A stretch of DNA of 64,000 nucleotides from Parcubacteria group bacterium RIFCSPLOWO2_01_FULL_48_18 (GCA_001824435.1 MHXH01000018.1:1458-65457); one strand, 5' to 3'. Counted from the stretch's first letter, positions 19,617-30,122 are shown. Program-made: numbers and translations. Notes: generated by a model from the letters alone, not told the origin.

Positions 19617-21506
19617 CTATACGATTCTTGTCGATTGAGGTTGCGAATTATGTTTACGAAGCTGCTTGGCGAGTTTTTTCCATTTTCCTTCAGGAATGAA
19701 TCGTTCGGAGTTGCAGTAGCTCAAGGCGAGTTCAGTCATGGTTCCGTACCGCAAGAAATCCTGGCCCGGAATGAAATCCTGAAACGCCCTCCGCAGATGT
19801 TCTGCGCCGAGCACCGCCCCTTCGTTGCTCGCGAGCGTATACGCTTTACGTACAATAGTTTCAATCTGCGCGCCGGTCAAACCAACCTCGTCCGACTCTT
19901 CTGTTCCTCGTTCATGCACGTCGGGATCGCATTCGATGAGACCCCGTGACGAATCGTAGTGCCGGTGAGAGAACCAGCCAAACTCCTGAAAGAACGAACC
20001 GTCTATGCTCCAGTTAAACGGAAATTTCTGTAACGCCGCCTGTATTTTCATTTTTTCGAGAATGGCGGGAAGTATTTCCCCTCTTTCCTCCGAAGAGGGA
20101 GGAAAGAACGGAATCCGTTCGTCAAATCGTCCTTCGCGAAGCAGGGCAGGATCGAGAAGATTGGGCATGTTTGAGGCAGCGAGCCACAGAACTCGTCCGC
20201 GGAGATTCGTGTCCGACATAAACTGGAAAAGGCGCGCCTGCATACGATTGTTGACGCCCGTATTGTCAATCATTGTGGACCGACTCTGATATTCCTGATC
20301 GATTTCGTCGACAAAGACTACGACAGGAGCTTGTGCCGCTATAAGTTCCAACGCGAAGTCAAGATTCCGTTCTGATTTACCCACCCACATTTCACGAATA
20401 TTTTTGAGCTTCACAAACGGAAGCCCGGCCTCGTGGGCAATCGCCTCGGCAAAAGCCGTTTTTCCGGTTCCCGGTGCGCCCAAAAGCAGAATGCCCATCG
20501 GTACGGCAAGAAAATCTCCCCGCTTGATGGCCTGCACCACTTCAAAAATATATTCTTTGTGAACCTTGAGTCCGCCGATGGCCTCCACGCCCCAAAGCGG
20601 CTGCATTATTTCAAGAAGTCCGCCCGATTGTTCTTCGATGAATTTCTTTTTCATCCGAAAAACCGTTTCGGCAGCGAGAGGAGCTTTTCTTAAGCCCGCT
20701 TCTTTGATCATGTTGCCGATTGCGTTTCGCGACATGCCCGCCGAAAGATAAGCGAGTTGCTTGGTGTCGATACTTTCTTTGTGCGGAGGGTACGATTTAA
20801 CGTGGAACGCGATTGTTTTTTCGCGCGCCGCGAGATCGGGGAAATAGAGCTTGAGAGGAGCTATGCCGTTTGTTTCCGATCGAAGCTGCGGAGCAATAAG
20901 TCCCAGGCTTTCTCCGACCAAGATTACAATATTACCGGCTTCCGAAATTTTTTTGTTCTTTGCCCATACGAGAAACGTTACCAGGGCATTCCGGTCGATT
21001 TCTTGGTTAGTAGCCGAGTCGCTGGGAGCGAGCGTTTCTATGTAATCGAGAATGGCGGCAAAAAAAGGTATTTTGAGTTCATCCTGCTCTTCAGGACAAC
21101 TCTTTACAGCTTCTCCGTTGCCTGTTTTTCTTGAGGCATAAGTAATTTCGAGCATTTCTCCGAAAAGCTGGAGAGCATATGCCGGATTGAATCGATTCCG
21201 CCTGAATTGTTCCAAAACTACATATTCGCCGGTCATCTGATTTTTTTCAGGATGGAGCATAACGAGAAATTCAAAGAAATCTTTTTCCATCTTGTGGTTC
21301 AGAAATTTAATCCCCGTTCCACGGTTAAAAAACGCAATAAAACGCGCTTTACCCGCCACGGTCCCCGAAACAAGATGTTCGTTCAGTTGTTCAATGCACC
21401 CGCCACGCCCATTTAAGACGTCATCGGCCACGTTCAAATAAAGAAGGAAGACGTGGCTCGATCGGGATTGCCATTTATACCTTAAGGCCTTTTCCCAGCT
21501 TTTCAC
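19617..21506 (-). CDS. Classical-clade AAA+ ATPase (degenerate N-terminal AAA-like module + active C-terminal module)
   Basis: GAPGTGKT, pore loop EMWVG, VFVDEID, SRH ASNMPNLLDPALLREGRFD. GTG start overlaps the clpP-like stop; strong SD AGGAGGT. Confidence 0.9.
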   Translation of the reverse strand: MKSWEKALRYKWQSRSSHVFLLYLNVADDVLNGRGGCIEQLNEHLVSGTVAGKARFIAFFNRGTGIKFLNHKMEKDFFEFLVMLHPEKNQMTGEYVVLEQFRRNRFNPAYALQLFGEMLEITYASRKTGNGEAVKSCPEEQDELKIPFFAAILDYIETLAPSDSATNQEIDRNALVTFLVWAKNKKISEAGNIVILVGESLGLIAPQLRSETNGIAPLKLYFPDLAAREKTIAFHVKSYPPHKESIDTKQLAYLSAGMSRNAIGNMIKEAGLRKAPLAAETVFRMKKKFIEEQSGGLLEIMQPLWGVEAIGGLKVHKEYIFEVVQAIKRGDFLAVPMGILLLGAPGTGKTAFAEAIAHEAGLPFVKLKNIREMWVGKSERNLDFALELIAAQAPVVVFVDEIDQEYQSRSTMIDNTGVNNRMQARLFQFMSDTNLRGRVLWLAASNMPNLLDPALLREGRFDERIPFFPPSSEERGEILPAILEKMKIQAALQKFPFNWSIDGSFFQEFGWFSHRHYDSSRGLIECDPDVHERGTEESDEVGLTGAQIETIVRKAYTLASNEGAVLGAEHLRRAFQDFIPGQDFLRYGTMTELALSYCNSERFIPEGKWKKLAKQLRKHNSQPQSTRIV

Positions 21507-22267
21507 GCCCTACCTCCTTCCTGCTTTTCCGACAATGCTTCCGTTGGCGCGTTAAAAATCTCCATAATCTTTCCATCTCCCGGCGGAATTACCGCATCAA
21601 TAATGCCAGCTGCTTGCGCCTCGTACGCAGAAAGGTATGTTTCGTTTTTCAGGAATCTTTTGACGAGCTTTATTCTGCCTTCGTCGTTCTCAAGCATGGT
21701 TTTATCCCTCGGCGCGATTTGTTCTTGCTCCAGGTGATACTCCGGAATTTTAGTCCGCTGCGCCAAGAGAAGATACATTTGACGAGCCAGCCGGTCGGTG
21801 TACTCCTTGGCTCGCTCAAAATCCTCGCCCTGTCCTCCGATAACCCGCGATTCCGCGTGGAGGTGGACGATTGAACGGTCAAGCGCATAGCGCTTTCCTC
21901 TGGTGCCGGAAGCAAGAATGATGGACGCCATACTCATGGAAGAACCGACAACGAGAATTTCTACATCAATTCCCATGGCTTGAACGTGTTCGATTGCCTG
22001 GACAATCATGAGGCCTGCATCAATATCGCCGCCGCGGTTATTAATAACCATCTTGATCGGGTCTCGGCTTTCACCCGCAAGATAAAAAAGCGAGGCGAAG
22101 ATTTCTTCGGCAAGGAATGGAATGCTATCCGCCACAATGATGTCAACATTAATACTGGAATGGATCCTTCCGAAAAGCGTAATAATTCTTGAATTGCTGC
22201 CATAGATCATCCAAGGGGTTACGAGCGGCCCGGTGGGTGTCGGCGAAAACGGTCGTCGTAAGGTCAT
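21503..22267 (-). CDS. Divergent ClpP-family serine protease subunit
   Basis: RIITLFG, IKMVINNRGG, SMSMASIILASGTRGKR (Ser), VHLH (His), ETYLSAYEA..GIID (Glu at the usual Asp position); ~25-aa insertion. Confidence 0.88.
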   Translation of the reverse strand: MTLRRPFSPTPTGPLVTPWMIYGSNSRIITLFGRIHSSINVDIIVADSIPFLAEEIFASLFYLAGESRDPIKMVINNRGGDIDAGLMIVQAIEHVQAMGIDVEILVVGSSMSMASIILASGTRGKRYALDRSIVHLHAESRVIGGQGEDFERAKEYTDRLARQMYLLLAQRTKIPEYHLEQEQIAPRDKTMLENDEGRIKLVKRFLKNETYLSAYEAQAAGIIDAVIPPGDGKIMEIFNAPTEALSEKQEGGRA

Positions 22268-22312
22268 GTGCTGTTTTCCTCAATCAAAAGGATTTTCAAA
22301 TACGCTAAGGTT

Positions 22313-22341
22313 ATTCTACTATAAACAGTTAGTTTATGCAA
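22313..22341 (-). promoter_or_regulatory. Sigma70-type promoter for clpP-like/AAA
   Basis: TTGCAT-17 nt-TAGAAT on the minus strand. Confidence 0.6.
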
Positions 22342-22365
22342 AATAAAGAATGGAGCATCAAGTGG

Positions 22366-22400
22366 AAAAAAAATCAGCTTCCGAGAAAAGCTGGTTTTTT
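22366..22400 (-). terminator. Terminator after rpsA
   Basis: AAAAAACCAGCTT...AAGCTGATTTTTTTT hairpin with T-tail. Confidence 0.6.
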
Positions 22401-22425
22401 CATAAACATACGAGCGCCCTAAAGT

Positions 22426-23622
22426 TTATGCTGCGGGGGCGGCGTCCTGACCGTCTTCGGTAGGCGCCTCAATATTTGTTTTTTTGGTCGCGTCCGCGTC
22501 TTGAACAACGCCTCCTTCTTGGTTTTCGATCGCTTCTTTTTTGCGGACGAGCACAATTCTTTTATCCTCCGGCCTGATCGATTTGATGATGAATGGATAT
22601 GATACGCCGACCTCAAGCGTTCCCTTCATTTCGTCAAAACCGCCGAATTCGGAAACATGGATAAGGCCAGAAAAGTCCGCATCAAGTTTTACTAACGCGC
22701 CGAACGGATTGAATTTTATCACCTCGCCTGCGATTTCCTGTCCTTCGGTAAACCGCTCCAACACCTTATCCCACGGATTTTCCTTGAGTTGCTTAAGCGA
22801 AAGGGAAATTTTACTGTCCCTGATATCGACAATCTTCGCTTTCACTAAATCGCTGACATTCAATACCGAACGGGGGGTATCGATTAAGCGGTGGTCGATT
22901 TCGGAAAGATGCACCAGGCCCTCCAGTTCTGAATTGTCGGAAAAACGTACAAATGCTCCGAAGTCTGTCACGCCGGATACGATACCGTCAATGACGTCAC
23001 CGATCCGGTACGTTGCCACCAACGCTCTCAGATCGCTTTCGGCCACCGCGCGTTCTGAAATGACGAGCTTATTACTCTTCTGGTTGAACGAGAGGATTTT
23101 TACCGCCAGCGTTTTCCCCACGAACTGCCGAAGCGCCTCAAGGATTTTCTGCTGATCGGCGCCGACTCGCGGATAATGCTCGTTGCTCAATTGAGATACG
23201 GGCATAAAACCGGCGATGCCGAATACGTCGGCAACCAAACCGCCCCGATTATATCCGGTAATGGACGCCTCAAATTTTTCGTCCTTTGCATGTACGTCCT
23301 GAATCATATCCCAACCTTTCTGTTTGCCGGCTTCTTTCAACGAAAGTTCAATATAGCCCGCATCGTTTTCGGGGTCGATCACCTTTCCCACCACTTCTGC
23401 GCCAACCTCAAGCGTTTTGATCAGGTCGTTCGCGTTGAGATATTCAACGCCGTACACCAAGCCGGTGCCGTATGCGCCCAAATCCACGAAAAGCTTTTTG
23501 GGCCGCTTTTCCATTACCACGCCTTTCGCCAAGTCGCCATCCTTAAGGAGCGCGCACACTTTCTTATCCTTAAGCAACCGCTCCATATACCCATCCTCTT
23601 TTTCTACAACGGTTTGATGCAT
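22426..23622 (-). CDS. rpsA: 30S ribosomal protein S1 (four S1 domains)
   Basis: Repeated S1 motifs: NRGGL..GFMPVSQL, FGAFV..GLVHLSEI, FGALV..GLIHVSE. Confidence 0.93.
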   Translation of the reverse strand: MHQTVVEKEDGYMERLLKDKKVCALLKDGDLAKGVVMEKRPKKLFVDLGAYGTGLVYGVEYLNANDLIKTLEVGAEVVGKVIDPENDAGYIELSLKEAGKQKGWDMIQDVHAKDEKFEASITGYNRGGLVADVFGIAGFMPVSQLSNEHYPRVGADQQKILEALRQFVGKTLAVKILSFNQKSNKLVISERAVAESDLRALVATYRIGDVIDGIVSGVTDFGAFVRFSDNSELEGLVHLSEIDHRLIDTPRSVLNVSDLVKAKIVDIRDSKISLSLKQLKENPWDKVLERFTEGQEIAGEVIKFNPFGALVKLDADFSGLIHVSEFGGFDEMKGTLEVGVSYPFIIKSIRPEDKRIVLVRKKEAIENQEGGVVQDADATKKTNIEAPTEDGQDAAPAA

Positions 23623-23831
23623 AATAGGGATAGTATATGCGACGTAGGAAGAAAATGCAAGGAGAGGGACGAAGAACAATATTGTTGAAAAAGTGGCCCA
23701 GGATTGTTATTCTTGAAAATAAACACATAAGTCCTTGATCTTCAACCCGTGACGCACAACGCCTTTTGTGTGCTAAAACTACGAGAGCGTAACTCCCGTC
23801 AGGGGTTATGATCGGCGACCACTGTTAATTT

Positions 23832-24455
23832 TTGACCATTTCTTGGTACGGAGAAAATTGTTTTAAAATACAGAGCGGCCAGCTTACCTTGATGACCGAT
23901 CCGCCTTCCCCGTCAAGCGGCATAAAGCAGCCGCGTTTTCGATACGATATTTTGATACGCACACTCACCGCCGTGCCGGTCGAAAGACCGCGCGAGGAGG
24001 ACGCATTTGTCATCATCGGTCCGGGGGAATACCAGATACAACGCCTTATCATTCGAGGCGCCGCGCTTGAATCAGAATCAAGCAATACCTTCTTAAAAAC
24101 CATCTATCTGATAGACGATGGCAATCTGCGCCTGTGTCTTCTCGGGCATATCAGCGAGAAAGGGCTTGGCCCCAAGCTGATAGAATTTCTCGGAGAGGTT
24201 GATGCAATTATCGTCCCCGGCGGCGGTAAGCCATTCATCAACCAAGAAGACGCAGCAGAACTGATCAATCAGATTGAACCCTCGATTGTTATTCCGTCCT
24301 GCTTCAAGATACCGGGGCTTAAAAGAACTTCTGATGACGCCAAAAGATTTGTCAAAGAATTCGGATCGGCAGCTGCTCCGGTAGAAAAAATCACGATCAA
24401 GAAAAAAGATTTAGACCCGGAAGAAACAAATGTAATTCTCTTAACCCCAAATTAA
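23832..24455 (+). CDS. MBL-fold metallo-hydrolase-like protein (metal ligands apparently degenerate)
   Basis: ISWYGENCFKI, TDP, GPGEY.I, PGGG, IEP.IVIP; the usual HxHxDH is absent. Confidence 0.8.
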   Translation: MTISWYGENCFKIQSGQLTLMTDPPSPSSGIKQPRFRYDILIRTLTAVPVERPREEDAFVIIGPGEYQIQRLIIRGAALESESSNTFLKTIYLIDDGNLRLCLLGHISEKGLGPKLIEFLGEVDAIIVPGGGKPFINQEDAAELINQIEPSIVIPSCFKIPGLKRTSDDAKRFVKEFGSAAAPVEKITIKKKDLDPEETNVILLTPN

Positions 24456-24487
24456 ATGACGCGTCGTGTTAAAATAAATGGCATTCC

Positions 24488-24781
24488 ATGGAGGTATTAA
24501 AAAAACTACAAGAACAAGATGAGGGCATGAGACGGCGTCTCGTGTGGCTTTTGACAGCGACTTCGATGGCGCTGGTGTTGGCCGGCTGGATTTTTTATCT
24601 TAGGCGCAGCGCCGAACCTTATCGGGGGGCAGCAGATGGAACCAAGGGAATTGACACAGCGTCGGCAGTCACCACCCTCAAAGATGAATGGAAAGAGACA
24701 AAAGATACGCTGTCGCCGGCCATCGGCGGTCTTACGCAATCGATTGAAGAACTGACGGAGGCGCTGAAAGAACAACAATAA
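24488..24781 (+). CDS. Hypothetical single-TM protein
   Basis: One TM helix; sits between the MBL gene and gyrA on the same strand. Confidence 0.7.
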   Translation: MEVLKKLQEQDEGMRRRLVWLLTATSMALVLAGWIFYLRRSAEPYRGAADGTKGIDTASAVTTLKDEWKETKDTLSPAIGGLTQSIEELTEALKEQQ

Positions 24782-24825
24782 CCGGTTTTCGCATCGATAT
24801 ATAAGCACTATTCGCGTCAACGCGC

Positions 24826-27285
24826 ATGTCTGAACGCATTCAAAAAAGAGAAATTACGGAAGAAATGCAGACATCCTATCTCGACTACGCAATGTCGGTG
24901 ATTATTTCGCGCGCCCTTCCCGACGTTCGGGACGGCTTCAAGCCGGTGCATCGGAGGATACTCTACGCGATGTACGAGATGGGGCTCAGGCATAATATAA
25001 AGTTCACCAAATGCGCCAACATCGTCGGCTCGGTGCTCGGCCGCTATCATCCGCACGGAGACATCGCGGTCTACGATTCACTCGTGCGCATGGCTCAAGA
25101 TTTTTCGCTGCGTTATCCGCTGATCGAAGGCCAGGGCAATTTCGGTTCAATTGACGGAGACGGCGCAGCCGCATACCGGTACACCGAGGCCCGCCTTACC
25201 AAACTGGCAGAGGAAATGCTAAAAGACATTGAAAAGGATACCGTGAAGTTTAACGACAACTACGACGGCACGCGTAAGGAGCCGGCCGTACTCCCTGCTC
25301 TGCTGCCGAATCTTCTGTTAAACGGCACCGTCGGCATTGCCGTCGGCATGGCTACCAGCATTCCCCCGCATAACCTTACAGAAGTGACAAGCGCCGCCAT
25401 TCACCTCATCGATAATCCGAAGGCGGGAAATGAAGATCTGCTTCAATATATCACCGGCCCGGATTTTCCGACCGGAGGGATCATCTACGATAAAAAGTCG
25501 ATTCTCGAAGCTTATGCAACGGGCCGCGGCAAGGTGACCATACGGGCAGTCGCTGAAATTGGTGAACGCAAAAACAAAGAATTCCAGATCGTGGTAACCG
25601 AAATTCCCTATCAGGTCAATAAAGCGGAACTCATCACGCATATGGCAGAATTGGTGACGGAGAAAAAGCTCGACGGCATCCGCGACATCCGCGACGAATC
25701 GGATAAAGAAGGATTGCGCGTTGTCATTGAGCTTAAAAATACCGCCAATCCCCAACGGGTGCTCAATCAACTCTACAACCGCACCGACCTTCAAAAAGAC
25801 TTTCATTTCAACCTGCTTGCCCTCTCCGACGGCATCCAGCCACAGATACTCTCTCTCAAAAACATCCTTGAGCTACATCTCAAGCACCGGAATGAAGTGA
25901 TCAGGCGCCGCTCTCAGTTTGATCTGAAAAAAACGCAAGAACGGGTGCACATTCTTTTTGGACTTGCCCGAGCCCTCAAGCATATCGACGCCGTCATCCG
26001 TGCCATCAAAAAATCGGAGAGCAAAGAAGATGCCCACAAGAACCTCGTGCGCCAATTTAAATTGACAGCGGCGCAAGCAGACGCGATTTTGGAAATGAGG
26101 CTTCAAACGCTTGCCGGACTTGAACGCAAAAAGATAGAAACCGAGCTCAAGGAAAAACAAGCGCTCGCCGCACAGCTCGAATCAATTCTGAAAAACCCGA
26201 AGAAAATACTCAAGCTCATAAAAGACGACTTGCTCTATTTAAAAGACGCGTACGGCGACGAGCGGCGCACAAAAATCATTTCTTCGGCGCTGAAAGAATT
26301 TAAAGAGGAAGATCTTGTCCCGCAAGAAAAGGCCATCATTACGCTCACGCAAGGAGGGTATATCAAGCGTATGCCGCCGGCCACCGTCAAATCGCAGCGG
26401 CGCGGAGGCAAGGGCGTGATCGGCTTTGAAGTAAAGGAAGAAGATTTTGTATCGCACTTTTTACACGCGAATACGCACGACAATATTCTTTTTTTCACCG
26501 ACAGGGGCCGCGCGTTCCAAACCAAGGTATATGAAATTCCCGAAGGATCGCGAACCAGCCAAGGAAAAGCAATCCATAATTTCCTGGAAGTTCCGGTCGA
26601 CGAAAAAATAAAAGCCCTTGTCGCCTATCCTTCCGTACATGCACCCGGCGGGGGGGCAACGACCGACGGCCAAAGATCAAAAGTCAGCTATTTAGTCATG
26701 GCAACCGCCGGTGGTATGATTAAAAAAACGCCCCTTGAAGAATTCATGAGTGTGCGGCGTTCGGGCATCATCGCCATCCGGCTAAAGAAGGGGGATGAGC
26801 TGCGGTGGGCGCGCCTTTCCTCCGGAGAAGACGATATCATTCTTGTCGGCGACGACGGACAGGCAATCCGTTTTCCGGAAAAACAAACGCGGCCCATGGG
26901 AAGAACCGCTGCCGGCGTTACCGGCATGCGGCTCAAGACGGGTGCGAAAGTAAGCGCACTCGATATCGTGTCAAGGCATACCGCGTCCACAAACCTTCTG
27001 GTGGTTACCCAAAACGGCTTCGGCAAACAAACCCCGCTCAAAGAATACCGCCGACAGAGCCGCGGAGGCAGAGGGATTAAAACCGCAAAAGTCACGCCGA
27101 AAACCGGGCGAGTGGTCTGTGCAGAAATTATCGTAGAACAGAAAGAGTTGATCACGCTTTCAGAAAAAGGACAAATCATGAAAACCGACATCGCGAGCAT
27201 CCGCACAATGGGCCGCGCTACGCAAGGAGTAAAAATCATGAATCTTCAAAAGAAAGATGCAATAGCAGGGGTAATTTCTATCTAG
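24826..27285 (+). CDS. gyrA: DNA gyrase subunit A
   Basis: [23 protein letters not shown] (catalytic Tyr), GyrA-box QRRGGKG, C-terminal pinwheel repeats. Confidence 0.98.
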   Translation: MSERIQKREITEEMQTSYLDYAMSVIISRALPDVRDGFKPVHRRILYAMYEMGLRHNIKFTKCANIVGSVLGRYHPHGDIAVYDSLVRMAQDFSLRYPLIEGQGNFGSIDGDGAAAYRYTEARLTKLAEEMLKDIEKDTVKFNDNYDGTRKEPAVLPALLPNLLLNGTVGIAVGMATSIPPHNLTEVTSAAIHLIDNPKAGNEDLLQYITGPDFPTGGIIYDKKSILEAYATGRGKVTIRAVAEIGERKNKEFQIVVTEIPYQVNKAELITHMAELVTEKKLDGIRDIRDESDKEGLRVVIELKNTANPQRVLNQLYNRTDLQKDFHFNLLALSDGIQPQILSLKNILELHLKHRNEVIRRRSQFDLKKTQERVHILFGLARALKHIDAVIRAIKKSESKEDAHKNLVRQFKLTAAQADAILEMRLQTLAGLERKKIETELKEKQALAAQLESILKNPKKILKLIKDDLLYLKDAYGDERRTKIISSALKEFKEEDLVPQEKAIITLTQGGYIKRMPPATVKSQRRGGKGVIGFEVKEEDFVSHFLHANTHDNILFFTDRGRAFQTKVYEIPEGSRTSQGKAIHNFLEVPVDEKIKALVAYPSVHAPGGGATTDGQRSKVSYLVMATAGGMIKKTPLEEFMSVRRSGIIAIRLKKGDELRWARLSSGEDDIILVGDDGQAIRFPEKQTRPMGRTAAGVTGMRLKTGAKVSALDIVSRHTASTNLLVVTQNGFGKQTPLKEYRRQSRGGRGIKTAKVTPKTGRVVCAEIIVEQKELITLSEKGQIMKTDIASIRTMGRATQGVKIMNLQKKDAIAGVISI

Positions 27286-27386
27286 TACTTCATCAACTTA
27301 ATTTTGCCTGCTCTGTGACAAAAAACTGTGTGTATGAGATGTTTTGTGGCAACGACGGCATCAAAATTAAGTTAATTCAGCACTAG
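27282..27386. mobile_element. MITE-like inverted-repeat element inserted at CTAG (gyrA stop codon)
   Basis: CTAGTACT..AT.AACTTAATTTTG ... CAAAATTAAGTT.AT..AGCACTAG; CTAG at both ends. Confidence 0.55.
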
Positions 27387-27454
27387 CTTGTAGCTTTTTA
27401 ACTTGTAGCTTCTTAGATAATCCTACAAGCTACAAGCTACAAGCTAACAGCTAA
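27384..27454. repeat. Heptamer repeats (CTACAAG/CTAACAG) in inverted arrangement
   Basis: tagcttgtagct...cttgtagct versus ctacaagctacaagctacaagctaacagctaa. Confidence 0.7.
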
Positions 27455-27457
27455 CCT

Positions 27458-28792
27458 GTGCATTTCGATCGCCGCCAACTCATTCTCATAGGCTTTGTCG
27501 CGCTCATCATTGTCGGCGCGGTGATTACGTATCTTTTCGGCCGCAAAGATCCGATGAATCAACCGCGGGGAGAAGAGACTAGCATTGTTATGTGGGGCGT
27601 ATACGATCCCATCAGTTTTTACGATGCGGCTGCCGCGAACTATTATGCGCAGAAAAACGCCGACGCCAAAATCATATACTACCAGATGGACCCCGAAACG
27701 TATGAAGAGGACCTGCTCAACGCGCTGGCCGCCGGAGAAGGACCGGATATTTTCATGATCCACAACACGTGGATCCCTAAGCACTTCAACAAGATCTGGT
27801 ACGCCAATGAATCCATGGTTACGGCCGCAACAGCAGAACCGCTGTTCCCCGAAGTCGTCATGGGCGATTTTGCGCCCCAGGGATCTGTCTATGCGCTTCC
27901 TCTATCCATTGATACGCTCGCCCTCTATTACAACAAGGATCTATTTGATCAGGCGGGAATCGCGCTCCCCCCGAAAACGTGGAGCGAGTTCGAAGCGGCG
28001 GCAGATAAACTAAAGAAGATTGACCGTGTTACCGGCAAAGTGATCCGCGCCGGCGCCGCGCTTGGCGGCTCGGCCAAAAGCATCAGCCGCGCTGCGGATA
28101 TTGTATCTCTCTTAATGCTCCAGCGCAGGGCACAGATGGTAAGCGACGGCTTTGATCGCGCAACATTCGGCGCGGAAACCGGAGACCTGTTCAGCGGCAG
28201 TAATCCCGGCCTCGAGGCCCTGGAATTTTATACGAAATTCGCCAATCCGTATGCCCTGCAGTTTACGTGGTCCGACGACTTTTCTACTGCAATCGATGCG
28301 TTTTCCGAAGGAAGCGCGGCGATGATGCTTGGCTACCTCAGCGAGCAGCCGAACATACGCGAGAAAAATCCGTTTCTCAATTTCGGCATCGCGCCGATGC
28401 TCCAACAAAACCCCGATGCGCCGGTTAACTACGCAAGCTACTGGGGATATACCGTACGGGCAAATTCGGAGAACTACCATGCGGCGTGGGATTTTATTCT
28501 TTTCCTGACCACGCAAGAAGATCAGGCAAGGGTTTACATGGACGCGAGCGGCAAACCGCCGGCGCTGCGCGCGCTCATCGGCGAAAAAATAAACGATTCC
28601 CGTCTCGGCGCATTCGCGCGCCAATCGCTGACTGCGCGTTCATGGCTTCAACCGGACAGCCGCGCGGTTGATGCGATTTTTTCCGATATGATACAATCAG
28701 TAATAACAGGAAGGTTCGGCCTCGACGAAGCGCTTTCCAATGCCGAACGGGAAGTAACGGCGCTTATCGAACGGTCAAGGTTTATGAAGTAA
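27458..28792 (+). CDS. Extracellular solute-binding protein (sugar ABC SBP-like), membrane anchored
   Basis: N-terminal TM; LAAGEGPDIF, YALPLSIDTLALYYNKDLFDQAGI..PPKTWSEF. Confidence 0.88.
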   Translation: MHFDRRQLILIGFVALIIVGAVITYLFGRKDPMNQPRGEETSIVMWGVYDPISFYDAAAANYYAQKNADAKIIYYQMDPETYEEDLLNALAAGEGPDIFMIHNTWIPKHFNKIWYANESMVTAATAEPLFPEVVMGDFAPQGSVYALPLSIDTLALYYNKDLFDQAGIALPPKTWSEFEAAADKLKKIDRVTGKVIRAGAALGGSAKSISRAADIVSLLMLQRRAQMVSDGFDRATFGAETGDLFSGSNPGLEALEFYTKFANPYALQFTWSDDFSTAIDAFSEGSAAMMLGYLSEQPNIREKNPFLNFGIAPMLQQNPDAPVNYASYWGYTVRANSENYHAAWDFILFLTTQEDQARVYMDASGKPPALRALIGEKINDSRLGAFARQSLTARSWLQPDSRAVDAIFSDMIQSVITGRFGLDEALSNAEREVTALIERSRFMK

Positions 28793-28809
28793 CCCGCTTA
28801 ATAGGTTTC

Positions 28810-29259
28810 ATGATTTTTTCATACTTTTCATCTTTGTCATTACGCTCTTTGCGTTATCCGGCTGTAGTTGTTATCGCGGCTGTGGTGCTTGCCGTATTTT
28901 TGTCGGCTCCATCCTATGCAGTAGCAGTGTCCATCGTACCCCAGACATGCGCTACAGCCAGTAGTAGCGAAATTCTTGCCAAATGCGGCGTTTGCGCGCT
29001 TGCCCAAGCGTTTAAAAACGCGACGGACATTATGATCACCATTTCCGGTCCCTTGGCAGTAATGTTTCTTTTGTATGCCGCAGTACTTTTTTTGACATCA
29101 GGCGGATCCCAAGAAAGAGTGAGCCAAGCGAAAAAAGTGGCAACGTCAGCAGCAGTAGGGCTTGTGATTGTTCTTCTGTCCTGGGTTATTTTAAATACCA
29201 TTATCAATGTTATTTTCGGCGCAAAACTATCCGCTCCATGGTCTAGCTTTACGTGTTAA
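28810..29259 (+). CDS. VirB2/TrbC-like pilin 1
   Basis: Signal peptide, Cys-containing loop, two TM helices around LTSGGSQERVSQAK. Confidence 0.8.
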   Translation: MIFSYFSSLSLRSLRYPAVVVIAAVVLAVFLSAPSYAVAVSIVPQTCATASSSEILAKCGVCALAQAFKNATDIMITISGPLAVMFLLYAAVLFLTSGGSQERVSQAKKVATSAAVGLVIVLLSWVILNTIINVIFGAKLSAPWSSFTC

Positions 29260-29266
29260 TTAATCT

Positions 29267-29632
29267 TTGCAAAAGAACCAGCGGCCAAAAATTATAAAAA
29301 ATGGGGGAGGCGCCATATTTCTTGTCGCACTGTTCCTTTTATGGGTTACCACTACATCAGCAGTAACCACTATATCAGTCACCAATCCTTTAGGAGGCAC
29401 CTGCAACGATCTTGTATGCATACTGGATAAGGTCGCCGGAGCGCTCTGGTGGATCGGTTCTCCGCTCGCGGTCATGATGGTCATCTGGGGCGCGATACAG
29501 ATTCTTACTTCAGCCGGCAATGCAGAGCGGGTCAAAACCGGCAAGCACACAATCCTCTATGCGGTGGTGGGCATTATCTTTCTTCTGCTTGCGGGCGGCT
29601 TAAACCTTATTATTCAAAGCCTTTTTGCATGA
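29267..29632 (+). CDS. VirB2/TrbC-like pilin 2
   Basis: NPL motif; TM-LTSAGNAERVKTGK-TM. Confidence 0.8.
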   Translation: MQKNQRPKIIKNGGGAIFLVALFLLWVTTTSAVTTISVTNPLGGTCNDLVCILDKVAGALWWIGSPLAVMMVIWGAIQILTSAGNAERVKTGKHTILYAVVGIIFLLLAGGLNLIIQSLFA

Positions 29633-29952
29633 AACTCGTCATACCATCACTTGTACTGGTTATCTTCTTCGCAGTATCAACGCATTCCGCGTTCGCGGCG
29701 CTTTCAAACCCGCTTGACCCCTGTAAAGAGATCACCTGCATTTTGGACAAATTCGCAGCCGGATTGTGGTGGATCGGCTCTCCACTCGCAGTCATCTTTG
29801 TCCTCTGGGGCGCGATTCAGATTCTCACCGCAGGCGGCGACGTAGAACGATTAAAAAAGGGCAAAAGTACCATTACCTATGCGATCATAGGGCTTATCAT
29901 CCTTTTTGCAGGCGCTGGCGTAAACCTTATTATCCAGAGTCTTTTGAAATGA
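29629..29952 (+). CDS. VirB2/TrbC-like pilin 3
   Basis: ATG 29629 overlaps the previous stop; LSNPL; TM-LTAGGDVERLKKGK-TM; close paralog of pilin 2. Confidence 0.82.
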   Translation: MKLVIPSLVLVIFFAVSTHSAFAALSNPLDPCKEITCILDKFAAGLWWIGSPLAVIFVLWGAIQILTAGGDVERLKKGKSTITYAIIGLIILFAGAGVNLIIQSLLK

Positions 29953-29974
29953 GGCGGCTGGTTATCCCCAACCC

Positions 29975-30003
29975 TTGCAATGTGCCGGATCCTATGGTAT
30001 GAT
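29975..30003 (+). promoter_or_regulatory. Putative promoter for pilin 4
   Basis: TTGCAA-17 nt-TATGAT with extended TG. Confidence 0.5.
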
Positions 30004-30122
30004 ACCGATAGGCAAAGAGAGGCTTGTCCATTCCACGGCCAAACCCCCTGCCTTAGCAAAGCAATCAAAGAGTTTAAAGGTCGCCTTCAAAGTCCCAAAT
30101 CTAATTTTGGGAAAAACGATAT

